Below, piece by piece: positions 6,588 to 15,768 of a stretch of DNA of 64,000 nt (positions within the stretch are counted from its first letter, which is position 1; every line of letters starts with the position of its first letter). The notes beneath the pieces are model-generated. The model worked only from the letters and a program-made list of their open reading frames with translations, was not told where the DNA came from and did no database searches. The DNA is from a virus. Its lineage: Duplodnaviria > Caudoviricetes. The position numbers and the translations under genes are program-made. The stretch spans positions 29,036-93,035 of the IMG/VR virus record IMGVR_UViG_3300032269_000703; one strand, written 5' to 3'.

Positions 6588-7027
6588 AGACATGCACTTT
6601 ATGCGGTATTGAGAAATCTTACGATCAATACACTAAAAAAAGCCGTAATAGGGATGGGTACATGGCTATGTGCCGTGAATGCTCTCTACCTAGGCGTCGT
6701 AAACAATATGAAGAAAATCCGGACTATCAAAGGAACGCAGTGAAGGTTCGTAAAGAAAATAATCGTGATCGCATAACACAGTACAAGATAGATAACCCTT
6801 GTGCTGATTGTGGTAAATTTTATCCTTCTTATGTGATGGATCTAGATCACGTACGTGGAGATAAGTTTAAAGGAGTATCTCAGCTAGTTTCACATAGCTG
6901 GGACGTAATAGAAACAGAAATTGCTAAGTGTGACTTAGTATGCGCTAATTGCCATCGTGAACGTACTTTTAAACGTTTAGGCACAACACAACTCGACTAC
7001 TACCATGAGGACTACCAACTTGATTAA
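6584..7027 (+). CDS. HNH endonuclease
   Basis: N-terminal CTLC/CREC; PCADCG..MDLDH..KCDLVCANCHRERT. Confidence 0.85.
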   Translation: MKTCTLCGIEKSYDQYTKKSRNRDGYMAMCRECSLPRRRKQYEENPDYQRNAVKVRKENNRDRITQYKIDNPCADCGKFYPSYVMDLDHVRGDKFKGVSQLVSHSWDVIETEIAKCDLVCANCHRERTFKRLGTTQLDYYHEDYQLD

Positions 7028-7541
7028 GAACCCTATTGAAGTAACCCTAACTGAAGAAGAAGTAGCTGAAGGACTAGACTTTGTCCGTAAAGTACGTGAG
7101 AACAAAGAAAAGCATGGCGTACGTGACATGATGTTTGATCTTAAAAACACTTCTGAAGGAATCAACATTATTGGTCATTTAGGAGAAGTAGCTGCTTCTA
7201 ACTACCTTGGATTAAAAGTAAACCGTGATATTTACGTACATGGCGATGGTGGGCTAGATTTAGAGCTAGATGGCACCACAATCCAGGTAAAAACAAGTAA
7301 ACTACCTAAGATGATATTTAACCATCATCTAGGGTTTTCTACTGATATCGCAGTACTAGCCCAGTATATTGGTGAAGATAACCGTCATGCTGAAAAAGAT
7401 CCTAGGTTCCTTATTTGGGGTTGGATCAATAAAGAGCAGTTTATGGAAAAGTACTACCCTTATGATTTTGGCTACGGAACACGTCTTGTAGTTGAGTCTA
7501 TTCAATTAAACCCTATGGATAAGTTGGTCAAAGTAAAATGA
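7005..7541 (+). CDS. PD-(D/E)XK-like nuclease fold protein
   Basis: GHLGEVAA...GDGGLDL...IQVKT. Confidence 0.6.
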   Translation: MRTTNLIKNPIEVTLTEEEVAEGLDFVRKVRENKEKHGVRDMMFDLKNTSEGINIIGHLGEVAASNYLGLKVNRDIYVHGDGGLDLELDGTTIQVKTSKLPKMIFNHHLGFSTDIAVLAQYIGEDNRHAEKDPRFLIWGWINKEQFMEKYYPYDFGYGTRLVVESIQLNPMDKLVKVK

Positions 7542-7672
7542 TGTTTTTATGGTTAATACTGTCTGGAATAGGCATTACAAGTATTATTATTATAGGTTTG
7601 TTCTCTTTAATTATTTTTATTGAGGCACTTGCAAACCATTCTGATTTAGATTCGGATTTTTGGAAAGAGTAG
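7538..7672 (+). CDS. Single-pass membrane peptide (44 aa)
   Basis: MMFLWLILSGIGITSIIIIGLFSLIIFIEALANHSDLDSDFWKE; ATGA overlap. Confidence 0.6.
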   Translation: MMFLWLILSGIGITSIIIIGLFSLIIFIEALANHSDLDSDFWKE

Positions 7673-7674
7673 CT

Positions 7675-7860
7675 ATGGGTTACATTAATGAGCTTCGTAC
7701 TGGACTTGCTGGCGGTCGTGGCAATCTAAGCCTAAAAATCTCTACTCGCTATGATGGTCTTGGCATTAACGCGCAAAAGTTTGGCGGAAAGCAGTTTACT
7801 GTAGGTGAAACAAACTACGCTAGCAGTAACAAAGGAATTGCTAAACCAGGCAGCTTTTAA
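7675..7860 (+). CDS. Hypothetical Gly-rich peptide
   Basis: ATG 7675 just after previous stop; coupled to next. Confidence 0.6.
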   Translation: MGYINELRTGLAGGRGNLSLKISTRYDGLGINAQKFGGKQFTVGETNYASSNKGIAKPGSF

Positions 7861-7994
7861 TGCTTAGCACACAGTTTTCTAGAGCTACCGGCATGTATGG
7901 CGGTCCTAGAGGTACTTACGGTACTTATCTTGTAGGTCAAAATGTAGATCTAGCAAGTTTTAAAACCGATAGAGAAAGACAGTCAGGCGAATGA
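7860..7994 (+). CDS. Hypothetical 44-aa peptide starting MLSTQF
   Basis: Not in ORF track; TAATG and ATGA coupling. Confidence 0.6.
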   Translation: MLSTQFSRATGMYGGPRGTYGTYLVGQNVDLASFKTDRERQSGE

Positions 7995-8074
7995 TCCCAG
8001 AAGAAGAAGAATTTGATTTTGACTTTGTTATTTTTGATGAAGACGAAGAGGATGAGGATGAGGATGAACAATGA
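7991..8074 (+). CDS. 27-aa hyper-acidic peptide
   Basis: MIPEEEEFDFDFVIFDEDEEDEDEDEQ; ATGA overlaps at both ends. Confidence 0.55.
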   Translation: MIPEEEEFDFDFVIFDEDEEDEDEDEQ

Positions 8075-8325
8075 GTTCCTCTACTCTAGGTGTTCAATTT
8101 CAGGGCATTAGTGGTCTTTCTAATTACTGGACTAATATTCCATCTATGATTATGGGCATTAATGGCGGTGCTGCATTAAGCACTACAACTGGAGTTCCAC
8201 TTGGCACACCTTCTGAAGAAATTTTTGCTAAAGTAGGTGGAGGAGTTAAGAAAGCTGATGATGTCAGTGATCAACTACCAGCATCTACATCAGGTATGTT
8301 ACAGGGCGGCACAGCCGCTAGTTAG
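8071..8325 (+). CDS. Hypothetical Gly/Ser-rich protein
   Basis: Coupled ORF; N-terminal LGVQF. Confidence 0.65.
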   Translation: MSSSTLGVQFQGISGLSNYWTNIPSMIMGINGGAALSTTTGVPLGTPSEEIFAKVGGGVKKADDVSDQLPASTSGMLQGGTAAS

Positions 8326-8333
8326 GAAACACT

Positions 8334-8528
8334 ATGTTTGCAGCGTTACTTCCACTAGTTGCACGAGTTGGTGCAGGACTTGGTGCTAGAGCAGCAGTAG
8401 GTATGGGTGCCGCTGAAGGCGGTATTGGTGCTCGTGTTGGAGCAAACCTAGGTGAACGAGCCGCAGTATCTGCTGCTAGACACCTTAGCGGTCAATTTAA
8501 CAATGAACGCAATAATCAATATAATTAA
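8334..8528 (+). CDS. Gly/Ala-rich small protein
   Basis: AGGA SD; ARVGAGLG repeat-like; C-terminal HLSGQF. Confidence 0.65.
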   Translation: MFAALLPLVARVGAGLGARAAVGMGAAEGGIGARVGANLGERAAVSAARHLSGQFNNERNNQYN

Positions 8529-8589
8529 TTTTTATAATTCCGCACTTATCTAGACCACAATATGTACCCTTTTTTAGATAAGGTAAATA

Positions 8590-8856
8590 ATGAAACTTTT
8601 TGGAAATGTCCTTCTTAGAATTTTGGCGACATTCGTTGCGTCCGCTCTTGGCGTTATTGGTGCTGGGTCCCTTGGCGGTGTTGCTCCTGCTACTGCCGCC
8701 TTTGTTGGTGGTATCCTGGCTGTTGCAAAAGTTATAGAACGCCTATCTCTTGCCTTCCTAGAAGATGGCAAGTTGTCTAATGCTGAGATTAACGCAGCGT
8801 TCCAGCAGTCTGTTCAACTAAAGAATGTCAAAGAACCAAAGGCTCCTAAGAACTAA
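8590..8856 (+). CDS. Holin-like membrane protein
   Basis: Two hydrophobic helices then DGKLSNAEINAAF; near endolysin. Confidence 0.55.
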   Translation: MKLFGNVLLRILATFVASALGVIGAGSLGGVAPATAAFVGGILAVAKVIERLSLAFLEDGKLSNAEINAAFQQSVQLKNVKEPKAPKN

Positions 8857-10406
8857 TGAGATTGTTGCGTAAACTCGCAACGCTACTCGTCACACTACCT
8901 CTTGCTCTTACACCTTTACTACTTCCAGCAATAGCGTCTGCAGACACAGTATCCGGATTGAATGTCGAAGTTTATACTTATGACCCCTCAAGCACGCCTG
9001 ACCGTAAACCTTATCAACTTTGTGAAGGTGCTTGGACTCACGCTGACAACATTGACTCTGATTTTGATGCTTTAGGTTCTGTTGCGGGATGTAGACCTGA
9101 TTGGGTTTTAGTCCATTACACAGGCTTTGTAACTTTTCCAAAGTCTGGTACTTTTGCGTTTATGGCTCCTGCTGATGATGGGTTCTGGCTATCTCTTGAT
9201 GGAACTTCAATCATTACTAATGACTGGGTTCTTAAAGGTCGATGGGGGCAAGTTTATCCTGACGTGCAGATTGAGGGCGGGCATACTTACGCTCTAGATG
9301 CTTGGTTCTACGAGTATGGTGGCGGTGCTAGTGCTACTTTAATGTACTCTCCTGATAATGGAAATAACTGGAATGTTGTACCTTCTGAATACTATACAAC
9401 TGATGGTTCTGCACCGGTAATTGTTGCCCCGCCTTCTTTGAGCCAGCCAGTTGGTTTGAACGGCACTGCTGATGGAACTAACGTTGATCTAGTTTGGGGA
9501 GCAGTAGTCGAAGACACTCCTATTGAGCATTATGCAGTTATGTGGACTTATGCTGGAGCAGATGGCTGGGGCATAAGCGCTGCTGACCAAAGCATTACTA
9601 TTGGCGGTTTGCCGGAAGATACAGACGTGACATTCTGGGTCCGTTCTGATAATGACACACTTCACGTTTACTCCCAGTATTCTGACCCAATTATTGTACA
9701 TACTGGCTTTGACCCAATAGTTATTCCTGTACCACAGCCTACAGAGCCACCTGTTGTAGTACCTCCTGTAATTCCAGAGCCGCCAGTTGACCCTAAGCCA
9801 CCAGTTATTCCAGACCCACCTGTAGTGCCTGATCCTCCTATAGTTGTGCCTCCAGTTATTCCTGATCCACCAGTGGTTGTTCCGCCTGTGGTAGTCCCAG
9901 AACCTCCAGTTGTAGTGCCAGACCCACCAGTTGTTCCAGAGCCTAAGCCAGAACCACAGCCAAAGCCACAAGGTTCTCCAGAGATTCCTGCCGTTATTGA
10001 AAACCTAATGCAGGTAGACCTACAGGCAGTAGACCCAACTGAACTTACTCCAGAACAAGCTACCCAACTTGTAGAAGCGGCTTTGGTGGTATTTGAAACA
10101 GCCACAGAAGGCTCTCCAGAATACCAGCAAGCGTTGGACGCGCTTTACTTGGCAGCCGAGCAAGATGACATTGTGGTTGACCCAGGCATTGCTAATATTC
10201 CTGGTGTTGGTCAAGCCGCTGTTGCTATTGCTAATGTATTGAATGCCATTGGTAACGTAGGTGCGGACATCTCACCTAAAGCCCGTAAAAAGGCTCAGAC
10301 GCTTGTTGTAACCACTCTTGTTGTTGGGCAAATTGCTCAGACAGCAGCCCTAGCTACCGCATCTTCAGGCGGTTCATCTAACCGAACACTTAGGAGAAAA
10401 CAATGA
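8856..10406 (+). CDS. Exported PA14 + FN3 + Pro-rich protein with C-terminal hydrophobic segment
   Basis: Signal peptide (ASA-D); PA14 ADDGFWL..WFYEYGGGA; FN3 PVGL..VDLVW..VRSDN; PPVVVP repeats. Confidence 0.8.
   Translation: MRLLRKLATLLVTLPLALTPLLLPAIASADTVSGLNVEVYTYDPSSTPDRKPYQLCEGAWTHADNIDSDFDALGSVAGCRPDWVLVHYTGFVTFPKSGTFAFMAPADDGFWLSLDGTSIITNDWVLKGRWGQVYPDVQIEGGHTYALDAWFYEYGGGASATLMYSPDNGNNWNVVPSEYYTTDGSAPVIVAPPSLSQPVGLNGTADGTNVDLVWGAVVEDTPIEHYAVMWTYAGADGWGISAADQSITIGGLPEDTDVTFWVRSDNDTLHVYSQYSDPIIVHTGFDPIVIPVPQPTEPPVVVPPVIPEPPVDPKPPVIPDPPVVPDPPIVVPPVIPDPPVVVPPVVVPEPPVVVPDPPVVPEPKPEPQPKPQGSPEIPAVIENLMQVDLQAVDPTELTPEQATQLVEAALVVFETATEGSPEYQQALDALYLAAEQDDIVVDPGIANIPGVGQAAVAIANVLNAIGNVGADISPKARKKAQTLVVTTLVVGQIAQTAALATASSGGSSNRTLRRKQ
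9721..9970 (+). repeat. Coding degenerate tandem repeats (P[DE]PPVV(V)P)
   Basis: About a dozen Pro/Val units with synonymous variation. Confidence 0.85.
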
Positions 10407-10591
10407 AGAAAGTAAAGAAATTCCTAGTAGCCTTACTTAGAGACCTACTTGACCAGGCTTGGACCCTTTTAGGTCTTGCTCTTGGTTGGGTTCTGCTTGA
10501 AGGATCTGCTAGAGATATTGTAGGTAAGTTGATTGGTGTTACCCTACTTATTTGGATTCTTACGTTTCCACTGCGTAATCGTGACGAATAG
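10403..10591 (+). CDS. Small two-TM membrane protein
   Basis: AWTLLGLALGWVLL, LIGVTLLIWILTF; AGGAG SD. Confidence 0.75.
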   Translation: MKKVKKFLVALLRDLLDQAWTLLGLALGWVLLEGSARDIVGKLIGVTLLIWILTFPLRNRDE

Positions 10592-10625
10592 TAGATAATA
10601 GTAATATCAACCCGAAAGGACAATA

Positions 10626-11084
10626 ATGTCTGAAATTGTATACCATGAACCATTTGATAAAAAGCTTAGAGGCGATGAGCTTGGTAATCTAGCTCCATAC
10701 CGTAATGGTCGACCACACCGTGGACAAGACTGGCACCCAAAGGAAAAGTCACCAATTCACGCTATTTGTGATGGAACTGTTGGTCTAGTTGCTTGGACTG
10801 ATGTTTTAGGACACATTATTGTTCACTCTTCAAAAGATGCTAAGCACTGGGTTCTTTACGCTCACCTTGCTGAAAAACCTACCCTTAAAAAAGGCGACAA
10901 GGTTGAAGGTGGAAAGACTGTTCTAGGACTAGTTGGTGGCGGTAAGAACACACCATCAGGGTCTGCATCTACTGGTGCTCACCTACACATGACCGTTGCT
11001 ACTATGGGCAAAGACTTCTCAGGTGTAGAAGCACACATGCTTCCATTTGAGCGTCTAGTTGACCCACTAACTCTATTTAAGTAA
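10626..11084 (+). CDS. M23 family peptidase, probable endolysin
   Basis: HRGQD, YAHL, STGAHLH motifs. Confidence 0.88.
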   Translation: MSEIVYHEPFDKKLRGDELGNLAPYRNGRPHRGQDWHPKEKSPIHAICDGTVGLVAWTDVLGHIIVHSSKDAKHWVLYAHLAEKPTLKKGDKVEGGKTVLGLVGGGKNTPSGSASTGAHLHMTVATMGKDFSGVEAHMLPFERLVDPLTLFK

Positions 11085-11273
11085 ATGATACAGAGAAAAG
11101 CCCTAACTGTTAATAACGGTGCTGCTCTTAAGCGCACTAAGCTATTTAACCAGTCTAGGGCTTTATCTGTACCTAAGCAACAAAAACAAGAGACATCTGT
11201 GTTCGTACACGCGCGCGCAGGAAGACAAAACTCAGAGGGTTTTGGTGGCGGAAATAGAGTAGGAAAAAGGTAG
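11085..11273 (+). CDS. Small basic hypothetical protein
   Basis: ORF fills gap; GRQNSEGF near C-terminus. Confidence 0.55.
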   Translation: MIQRKALTVNNGAALKRTKLFNQSRALSVPKQQKQETSVFVHARAGRQNSEGFGGGNRVGKR

Positions 11274-11278
11274 TATAC

Positions 11279-11623
11279 ATGGATCAAGTTGTACTATATT
11301 GGGCTGCTGGTATAATTACAGTAGGAACTGCACTTAGTATGTTAGCTGTGGCTCTAAAACGCCTCTACAAGCGCGTACAGGGCTTTATGGAGAATTGGGA
11401 TCAATTTCACAGAGATTGGTCTGGAGAGCCTGCAATGCCCGGTAGAAGTGCTGTACCTGGTGTTATGGAGCGACTCAACCGGATTGATGGGGAATTAAAG
11501 CGTAATGGTGGTTCTTCTATGAAAGATGCAATAAATAGAGTTGAAAAGAAATTAGAGCAAATCGATGCTAGACTTGATCAAGGTAACCAACGATTTGACG
11601 AAATCGAAATGAGAATTAAATGA
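11279..11623 (+). CDS. Membrane protein with coiled coil (actinophage lysis-module type)
   Basis: N-terminal TM; GVMERL..ELKRNGGSSMKDAINR. Confidence 0.75.
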   Translation: MDQVVLYWAAGIITVGTALSMLAVALKRLYKRVQGFMENWDQFHRDWSGEPAMPGRSAVPGVMERLNRIDGELKRNGGSSMKDAINRVEKKLEQIDARLDQGNQRFDEIEMRIK

Positions 11624-12129
11624 CTATTATGCCAAATAAAAAAGGCGGTAGAGTACCACAGCCGGGTGTAAATAACCCTATTGGTAGTGCAGGTGACTTT
11701 AAAATTGCTGTAAATAGCGGTGCTACTGGTTCTATTTTAGGTGCACTAGGTACTAGACTAAATGCACGAGGAATGAGCTGGAATGCTGCTCGTGCTGCAT
11801 TAGAGGTTGCTAAAGTTGAAGCTCAAAGAGATATGACTGTAAGATCTATGGAGCTACAGGCAGCAGCTGAGGCTCAGCAAAGAAAACATGAAGCAGACAT
11901 TAAAACTACTCGTATGAACAATACACACGAGCTTAAAAAGATTACTCTTACAGCAGAACAAGCGCGTCTAAACCAGCTACAGTCTACAAATAATGTTCAT
12001 GGTGTTCTAGACAGACTAAGAGATGACTTCCCTGGTGCCAACCTTGAGTTTGAAACTGAACGTGGTGAAAGGGTTAACATAACTCGTCCAAAGGGGGCGT
12101 CCTCTGAAGATTCAGAGGATGGGAGTTAA
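11620..12129 (+). CDS. Hypothetical coiled-coil protein
   Basis: ATGA coupling; helical A/E/Q-rich core. Confidence 0.7.
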   Translation: MTIMPNKKGGRVPQPGVNNPIGSAGDFKIAVNSGATGSILGALGTRLNARGMSWNAARAALEVAKVEAQRDMTVRSMELQAAAEAQQRKHEADIKTTRMNNTHELKKITLTAEQARLNQLQSTNNVHGVLDRLRDDFPGANLEFETERGERVNITRPKGASSEDSEDGS

Positions 12130-13066
12130 ACCTAAATCTAGTAGAAATGCTGCGTTTAGTCAGGGTTCTGGTGGTGGAAGAACTACACGCGTAGTTGAAG
12201 CACCAAGTTATGATGAGCCTGAAGAAGATGCTGATGAGTATGAAGATGAAGATGAACATGAAGATGAACAAGAGTCATCAACACCTCAAACATCAACACC
12301 TACTGTAACTACTACACCTGCTACTACAGCTATCCCTACTTCTACTCGTACTGCAACACCTGTGTCTTCTGTAGAAAAGTCTGAGAAAGAAGCAAAGGAA
12401 GCTAAAGATCGAGATGACAGAGTAGCTCAATCTATTATTGAAAATGAACCAGATAAACTAGACTTCTTTAAAAATAGAATTGGAAGTTCTTGTAAATCTT
12501 GTGGAGAAAAAATCCAAAGTTTACATGACAGTTATAGAAAACATGATATTGAGTCTAATGGTCTTTGTAGCCATGCTTTTGATGCAATTGAAGCGTGGGA
12601 TGGTAGTGACGTCTCTTCTATTACTAAAAAAACACTAGGCATTTCTTTTGATAAAAATAGTGGTGGCAATGAACAAAACGTGAGTGCTGATGACCCTACT
12701 ACATGGACGCCTGAAATGAAAAAGGCTCACAAAGCCCATTACGAAGAGTTTGCACCACATTTTAAAGATTTAGATACAGAAAGAAACATTACTCATGGGT
12801 TTGCACCTAAAGACATAGAGAATTGGTCTTCTGCTGAAACTAAATGGGGGCAAGCTGAATTTAAAGGGGCTCCTCCTGGTGCTGATAAACTAAGGTATGC
12901 TAATACAGAAAAAGAAGTAAAGTATTCTTTAAATAGAGTTGGCAAACCATGCTCCTTCTGTGGAGAGGACATTCCTTCAGTAGAAGAGTTGGATGAACAT
13001 CTAATAAATAAAAATGGTTGGTGTGGCACCGCAAGCTCAGCTATGAGATTTGCAAGTGATAATTAG
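12119..13066 (+). CDS. Hypothetical protein with acidic/Thr-rich N-terminus and duplicated CxxC-H-C Zn module
   Basis: NRIGSSCKSCGE..H..NGLC and NRVGKPCSFCGE..H..NGWC. Confidence 0.75.
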   Translation: MGVKPKSSRNAAFSQGSGGGRTTRVVEAPSYDEPEEDADEYEDEDEHEDEQESSTPQTSTPTVTTTPATTAIPTSTRTATPVSSVEKSEKEAKEAKDRDDRVAQSIIENEPDKLDFFKNRIGSSCKSCGEKIQSLHDSYRKHDIESNGLCSHAFDAIEAWDGSDVSSITKKTLGISFDKNSGGNEQNVSADDPTTWTPEMKKAHKAHYEEFAPHFKDLDTERNITHGFAPKDIENWSSAETKWGQAEFKGAPPGADKLRYANTEKEVKYSLNRVGKPCSFCGEDIPSVEELDEHLINKNGWCGTASSAMRFASDN

Positions 13067-13078
13067 TATTGTAGGTAA

Positions 13079-15226
13079 GTGATGGCATCCTCTAAAAATA
13101 AACCTTCTCCTAGAGAAGAACAATTACAACGAGTAGCGGCAAGATTAAAGTTAAGCCGTTTTATGGATTCTAATAAGCCCGTAACTTGGAGCGATGAAGT
13201 TGTAGCTGGGCATTCTAAAGCTGTAAAAGAACTAAGAGATGCTATCCCAGAAGACTCAAGCATACTCAATGAGTTTACTCCAGAAGCTGTACAGAAAATA
13301 AGACAGGAAAAACAGGCTATTCCAGTTAGTCTTAAAACTGTTGGGGTAAAACCAGTAGAAAATCCAGAAAGACTGGTATCTTCTGAAATAACTTCTTCTA
13401 ATCCTGGTATTGATCCTTCTAAATACTTAGAAACAAATGAAGATGCTATTAGATCTAGATTTGTTTTATCTACGGATGCTAGAGGATTTACAACTGCATC
13501 CTATCAAGATCCAAACCCTATTTCTACAGCACAAGTATCTATTGGTCCTCGTATTGAATATAAAGAGGATGGTGTACCAGTATATCTGGGTCATAAAGGA
13601 ACCTTTTCAGTAAAAACTAATAACAGCAGTAGAACCGATATGAACCAAAGCCTGAATGGATGCGGTCCTAATTGTGATCAGACATACGAGTATAGAGTTG
13701 CTAATAGCACTGACTGGGGTCCCTCTCTTGTAGCTCATCAAGACCAAGAAGCCCACCTTTCTAGAGTTATAGACGATGCTGTTAAGCATATTGCTCTTTA
13801 TCACAGAGGACTACTTGGAGAAAAGAACACCTATGGGTTTGATTCTGGCGAGTACTATAGAGGAAGAGCTAAAAAAGCTCAAGAACAGCAAGCTAGCTCT
13901 GGAGCTACTGCAGAGTTTACTACTTTTCAAGATAAATATGAAAAAACAGTTGCTGGAATAGACTCATCTGGTAAACCTAATGGTATTGAAGATGAAGATT
14001 GGAAATCTTTAGATGCTAATCAAAAAGCAATTGTAGCTAAGTTTGCACAACATCACGATGATTACGTGGGTTCTACAGTAGATGATGCTGGTTTGGTACA
14101 TTTAACTCACGCTCAGTATGAGCTTAGTAATAAAATGGGTGAAAGACTCCATAAGCTTGAGCACTCATTTGGTTGGCAGGATAGTGGGTATGAATGGCAC
14201 CATGACGACCTAGAACCAAACGATCATGATACTAACCCTTATCATAGAGTTGTTTTGAAACAGAATTTGCCTATTATTAATAGAATGTCTACTTTATTAA
14301 AAAATTATAAGTTTGCAGATCTATTAAGTAAAGATAATTACAATCCTTCTTTAGAAAGCTCTCAATTACGAGAAGGAACTCCTTTATCTTTACCTAGTTC
14401 TTCTGAACAACCTCAATCTGCTCTTACTGTACAAGAACAAAATCAAGCAGAAACTGAAGCCGGAACTAACGTATCTGCTCAAATGACTGAAGCTGGGGTT
14501 GCTCCTGCATTACCTTCTCAACCAACAGCAACTTATCAAAGTGGTGGAAGTTTAAGTTGGAAAGATTCTCTTGATAAGTTTAACGAATGGCGTGCAGCTA
14601 AAAAAGTAACGTATAAAGACAACGGTCCTGCTATACGAAAAATAGCAAAAGAAATTCGTGCAAAATCTCCAGGGGTTGTAGGGCACTTACTTGATCTTGA
14701 TGATAAATTTTCTTCATTAACTAACAATCAAAGACTATCTGAAGATGACCCTAGAAAAGAACTTGTTAATAGTTTAAGATCAGCTGCGCAGTCTATCCAC
14801 AGCCATATATCAGACAAAGCATCAAACAGCCCTGATGAACTTGCCACTGAACTACCACAAAGCCTTAGAGCAGATCATTTATTAAATGAAACTCCTACTA
14901 TTGCTAAAGAAGCTGATGTTGGTCAGCCAGATAAAATAGACCCTAATTTATGGGTAACATTATCTCCAGATCAAAAAAATCATGTTAAAAACTATGTACG
15001 ACTTCATGATAAAGTTCAAAGTTTTCAGCTTCCTAATGGTCAAATTGCTGGTTCAGACGAAAGTTTAAGTGCCTATAATGAAATGCACAATTATAGAAGG
15101 AAACTAGAAACCTCATTTGGGGCTACTGGAGCTTCAAAAGTAGGTAACGAAAAGTATGACGTTGCGTCTAAAAAAGTGTTTGATTTACTAAAAGAGTACC
15201 CCCTTGGTATTGCACGGGTTTTTTAA
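13079..15226 (+). CDS. Large hypothetical protein with internal duplicated helical domain
   Basis: 715-aa ORF; repeat W..L...QK..V.....HD...KLE.SFG. Confidence 0.75.
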   Translation: MMASSKNKPSPREEQLQRVAARLKLSRFMDSNKPVTWSDEVVAGHSKAVKELRDAIPEDSSILNEFTPEAVQKIRQEKQAIPVSLKTVGVKPVENPERLVSSEITSSNPGIDPSKYLETNEDAIRSRFVLSTDARGFTTASYQDPNPISTAQVSIGPRIEYKEDGVPVYLGHKGTFSVKTNNSSRTDMNQSLNGCGPNCDQTYEYRVANSTDWGPSLVAHQDQEAHLSRVIDDAVKHIALYHRGLLGEKNTYGFDSGEYYRGRAKKAQEQQASSGATAEFTTFQDKYEKTVAGIDSSGKPNGIEDEDWKSLDANQKAIVAKFAQHHDDYVGSTVDDAGLVHLTHAQYELSNKMGERLHKLEHSFGWQDSGYEWHHDDLEPNDHDTNPYHRVVLKQNLPIINRMSTLLKNYKFADLLSKDNYNPSLESSQLREGTPLSLPSSSEQPQSALTVQEQNQAETEAGTNVSAQMTEAGVAPALPSQPTATYQSGGSLSWKDSLDKFNEWRAAKKVTYKDNGPAIRKIAKEIRAKSPGVVGHLLDLDDKFSSLTNNQRLSEDDPRKELVNSLRSAAQSIHSHISDKASNSPDELATELPQSLRADHLLNETPTIAKEADVGQPDKIDPNLWVTLSPDQKNHVKNYVRLHDKVQSFQLPNGQIAGSDESLSAYNEMHNYRRKLETSFGATGASKVGNEKYDVASKKVFDLLKEYPLGIARVF

Positions 15227-15291
15227 ATAAACCACTTTAAACAGTACAAACCTACTAAAATATGTAATCCTTATATTATTAAGGAGTAATC

Positions 15292-15543
15292 ATGGCTACT
15301 TGCGCTAACTGTTCTAATGACGCTTTTTTTGTTTATCAGGTAACTGATTCATATGGAATTGACTTTTGTTCTTCACACGTGCCTAATTTTCTGCGTCGTG
15401 AAAAATACGCATCAAGCCTTATTACACTAGATTTACCTGTTGTTGAAGAAACAGCTACGGCATCTAAGAAAAAGAAGTCTGTTGAAGAAGTAGTTGAGGA
15501 AACTCCTGCTGAAGATCCAGAATCAGAAGATGCCTCTAATTAG
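15292..15543 (+). CDS. Zn-finger protein with acidic tail
   Basis: CANC...FCSSH; AAGGAG SD. Confidence 0.75.
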   Translation: MATCANCSNDAFFVYQVTDSYGIDFCSSHVPNFLRREKYASSLITLDLPVVEETATASKKKKSVEEVVEETPAEDPESEDASN

Positions 15544-15766
15544 AAAATTTGCCATTCAAGGTCACCCTGTACCTAATGGCTACACTAGACCTCGTGGACC
15601 ATTTCCACCAGAAGTCCTAGCGCAGGCTGGGGTGGTTCATGAAGAATACGACACGGACTCTTTACACGAAGCCCTAGACAACGTTCGCATGTTCCGATGC
15701 AAGGAATGCGAAGATATACTCTACGAGGACGAACTTATCAATCATGATTGCGAAAGCGAGTATTAA
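15530..15766 (+). CDS. Hypothetical protein with C-terminal Zn finger
   Basis: PRGPFPPE; FRCKEC...HDC. Confidence 0.7.
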   Translation: MPLIRKFAIQGHPVPNGYTRPRGPFPPEVLAQAGVVHEEYDTDSLHEALDNVRMFRCKECEDILYEDELINHDCESEY

Positions 15767-15768
15767 AA

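Noticed and set aside
9721-9970. CRISPR-like or DNA-level repeat array
   Set aside because: Repeats are conserved at protein level (Pro/Val) with synonymous variation and no spacers.
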